64,000 nucleotides of DNA from Octopus sinensis (Eukaryota). The position numbers were made by a program, and so were the translations under genes. The stretch lies in the NCBI RefSeq assembly GCF_006345805.1, contig NC_043012.1, forward strand, positions 15,686,001 to 15,750,000, read 5' to 3'. Numbering within the stretch: the first letter of the stretch is position 1; each line of letters starts with the position of its first letter. Of the stretch, positions 61,561 to 64,000 are shown piece after piece. A model generated the notes under the pieces. The model did no database searches and was not told where the DNA came from. It saw only the letters and a program-made list of their open reading frames with translations.

Positions 61561-62016
61561 TAGACTTAGTCAACCATATCGAGCAAAGTAGTTAAACAAT
61601 TAGTTGGAATTTGCTGTTCTGTATAATCAATTTTGATGACCAATATACAGCAGTTTATATAAAAACTGTTGTACGAAAATATGCCATTTTTCCTGTCTTT
61701 TTTTCGAAACCCTGTTTGTTCTGCATGTCTGTAAATTCCGGTGAGGGTCACAGCAAAAACAAATATAGATTTCATCGGACTGCAATGGTCTTTCTAAGCC
61801 TATATCTTCCATGTGTTTGACCTGCTGAGTCGACATCTAACTTCCCATCTTTGTTGCATCCATCTGCGCTCGACATTGAAGTCTACGAGGAGACAATCCA
61901 GTAAACCAAATCCTGAGTTAAACTGTCCTATCGATAGATAAATATTTTACACATTCTCATAGGAGCCATTCTCTCTAACGTCTATAAAGATTTCTTTTCT
62001 AACAATGTTTTCAAAT

Positions 62017-62403
62017 TTTGACACAAGCCCAGAAATTTTGGGGGAGGGGATAAGTAGATTACATCGAATCCAGTGTTCCACTGGTACTTATTTTATCGAT
62101 CCCGAAAGGAGGAAAGACAAAGTCGGCGTCGTCGGAATTTGAACTCAAAACGTAGCGACGGACAAAATACCTATTTCTTTACTACCCACAAGAGGCTAAA
62201 CACAGAAGGGACAAACAAGGACAGACAAACGGATTAAGTCGATTACATCGACCCCAGTGCGTAACTGGTACTTATTTAATCGACCCCGAAAGGATGAAAG
62301 GCAAAGTCGACCTTGGTGGAATTTGAACTCAGAACGTAGCGGCAGACGAAATACCGCTAAGCATTTCGCCTGGCGTGGTTACGACTTTGTCAGTTCGTTG
62401 CCC
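62017..62403 (-). mobile_element. SINE family E dimer (reverse)
   Basis: Two tandem cores. Confidence 0.85.
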
Positions 62404-64000
62404 TTTTTCTTTTCTGCTAATAATTACGATTTCTTCTAACTTCTATAATAAAAGATAATAAATAACAAATGAACTAGTCTCTATGAAGATATTAAAATAG
62501 GTGACACCAGAAATAGAATTTGCAGGTTAGTCTGAATTAGTCAAGAATATTTCACCAAATTACATACATACATTTATGCATGTATGTCTGCATGCATATA
62601 TCTTTGGCCTGCAAGTGTTATTTTCTATCTGGAAATCAAAGGATATGACTACTATTCTTTTGATTACTTTACTTTTGAGACCTGGACATCAATGTTTTGA
62701 AATTGCTCTGTTTCCCGTTACATTTCACACAGATTCAGCGCTGAATTGCTGAAACAGAAATATAGGTAATATTCGGCTCAGTACTATAGATTTGGTTGTC
62801 ACTTGCTTGACTTCGACCACATGAGCATGTCCCTTAGTGGCTGACAGTATGTGCACCTCTGATCATGATCAGGAGTTGTGGGGCAGTATCATAGCAATGT
62901 GTTGAGAGGGATTCTTTGAGGGTTTAAATAAATGTAACAAAAAAGCAAAGTTTGAAGGAAATATTAGCCTTCATATTTCCTAGGGATAAGAAAATAGGAC
63001 ATAACAGTAGGAATCAATAGGAAATAACAAGGACAACATTTGTGCTACACTGTAAAATTAATAACAACTATATACAGCGAGTACAATTTCTATAGTTTGT
63101 TGTTCAGAACGAGTATCTACAGAGCTTAGTCAGCTTTAGCCAACAGTGACAGTGAAAAATACTGTAATGGAGAAACTTTCAGTAAACTCTGTAACGAAGG
63201 AAAATCTCTAGGAACTTTGAATTCTATGTGATAAGAAGTTTGCTTCCGAGCCACATGGCTCAGTGCCGTTTTTAAATTCTTAATAAAAACAAATAACACT
63301 GTGTAGCAATTGTTTTTTCTCTTTGGTCAGTAAGTGTTATTTCCTATCTAGAAATCAAAGGGAATGACTACTATTCCCTTCTACTACGTGACATCTTGGC
63401 GAGTATCTTTTATTGTTGGACCGGGCCAGCTAAAGTATTGTGAGTAGTTTTAGTAGAGAGAACTCCGAGGTTCCCACCACCCCTCCACTCCTTTCTTTTC
63501 CAGAAAAAAGTGGCTTGCGGCGGGTTTAGAGGTCAGATACATTGAATGCACTCGCACAAACCTATGCAAAAACATTGTTTCACACCGAGATGCGAACGGG
63601 TCCTTTACGAAATATTTACCTATTTTTAAGTCATTTTCATAAAAAAATATTTTTAGATATTCCAAAAATTTTTTGAAATAGTATTCATATGAAAATAATT
63701 TTAAAATGAAGTAAAATATTGTCTGTTTAAAAAAGCTAAGATATAAATACTTAGTGTACAAAAAACTTGTATTTTTGAAATTACATTCACTTAAAAATAT
63801 TTCTAAATGATTGAAAGATTGTGTTTAACAAAACCGAATGTAGAAACATTTACTGTAAAACCAACTCGTACTTTTTCGTTGACAAATTAAAGTCACTAAC
63901 ACTTTTTTACCCGGGTCGTGAAGTTTGTATTCAAAATACAGAAGAAATTGATCATAATGCATCTAATCGAAAGGTTAGAGTTTCTTCATTTTCAGGGTTA

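Noticed and set aside
62601-63376. About 57-bp direct repeats (62601-62657, 63320-63376) as LTRs
   Set aside because: Too short, about 80% identical, no TG..CA ends, PBS or internal ORF; probably two pieces of a dispersed repeat.

Overview
AT-rich, repeat-dense metazoan genomic DNA. The tRNA-derived SINE families and extreme (TA)n/(CA)n load suggest a cephalopod, probably Octopus (inference). Two convergent intron-rich genes can be assembled by hand with phase-consistent GT-AG exons. (1) Plus strand 13957-24527: 7 exons encoding a CCCH zinc finger followed by an extended Tudor domain (Krimper-like order, piRNA-type); its 5' exons were not found. (2) Minus strand 60974-38069: 8 exons, about 520 aa, a type I membrane protein with a uromodulin/GP2-type D8C(D10C) domain, a Thr/Ser-rich mucin stalk, one TM helix and a tail ending in a PDZ-type motif, with no ZP domain. 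The rest is five SINE families, RTE, R4/Dong-type and Penelope-like retroelement fragments, an IR/DR Tc1 element, several mariners and MITEs. The most interesting unexplained structure is a set of minimal type I hammerhead ribozyme motifs. Two fully canonical ones lie 840 nt apart in the sense strand of one intron of the D10C gene. Core variants (G3:C8 swap, A3, U6) sit in other short repeats. All calls were made by eye; nothing was run computationally, and repeat boundaries are approximate.
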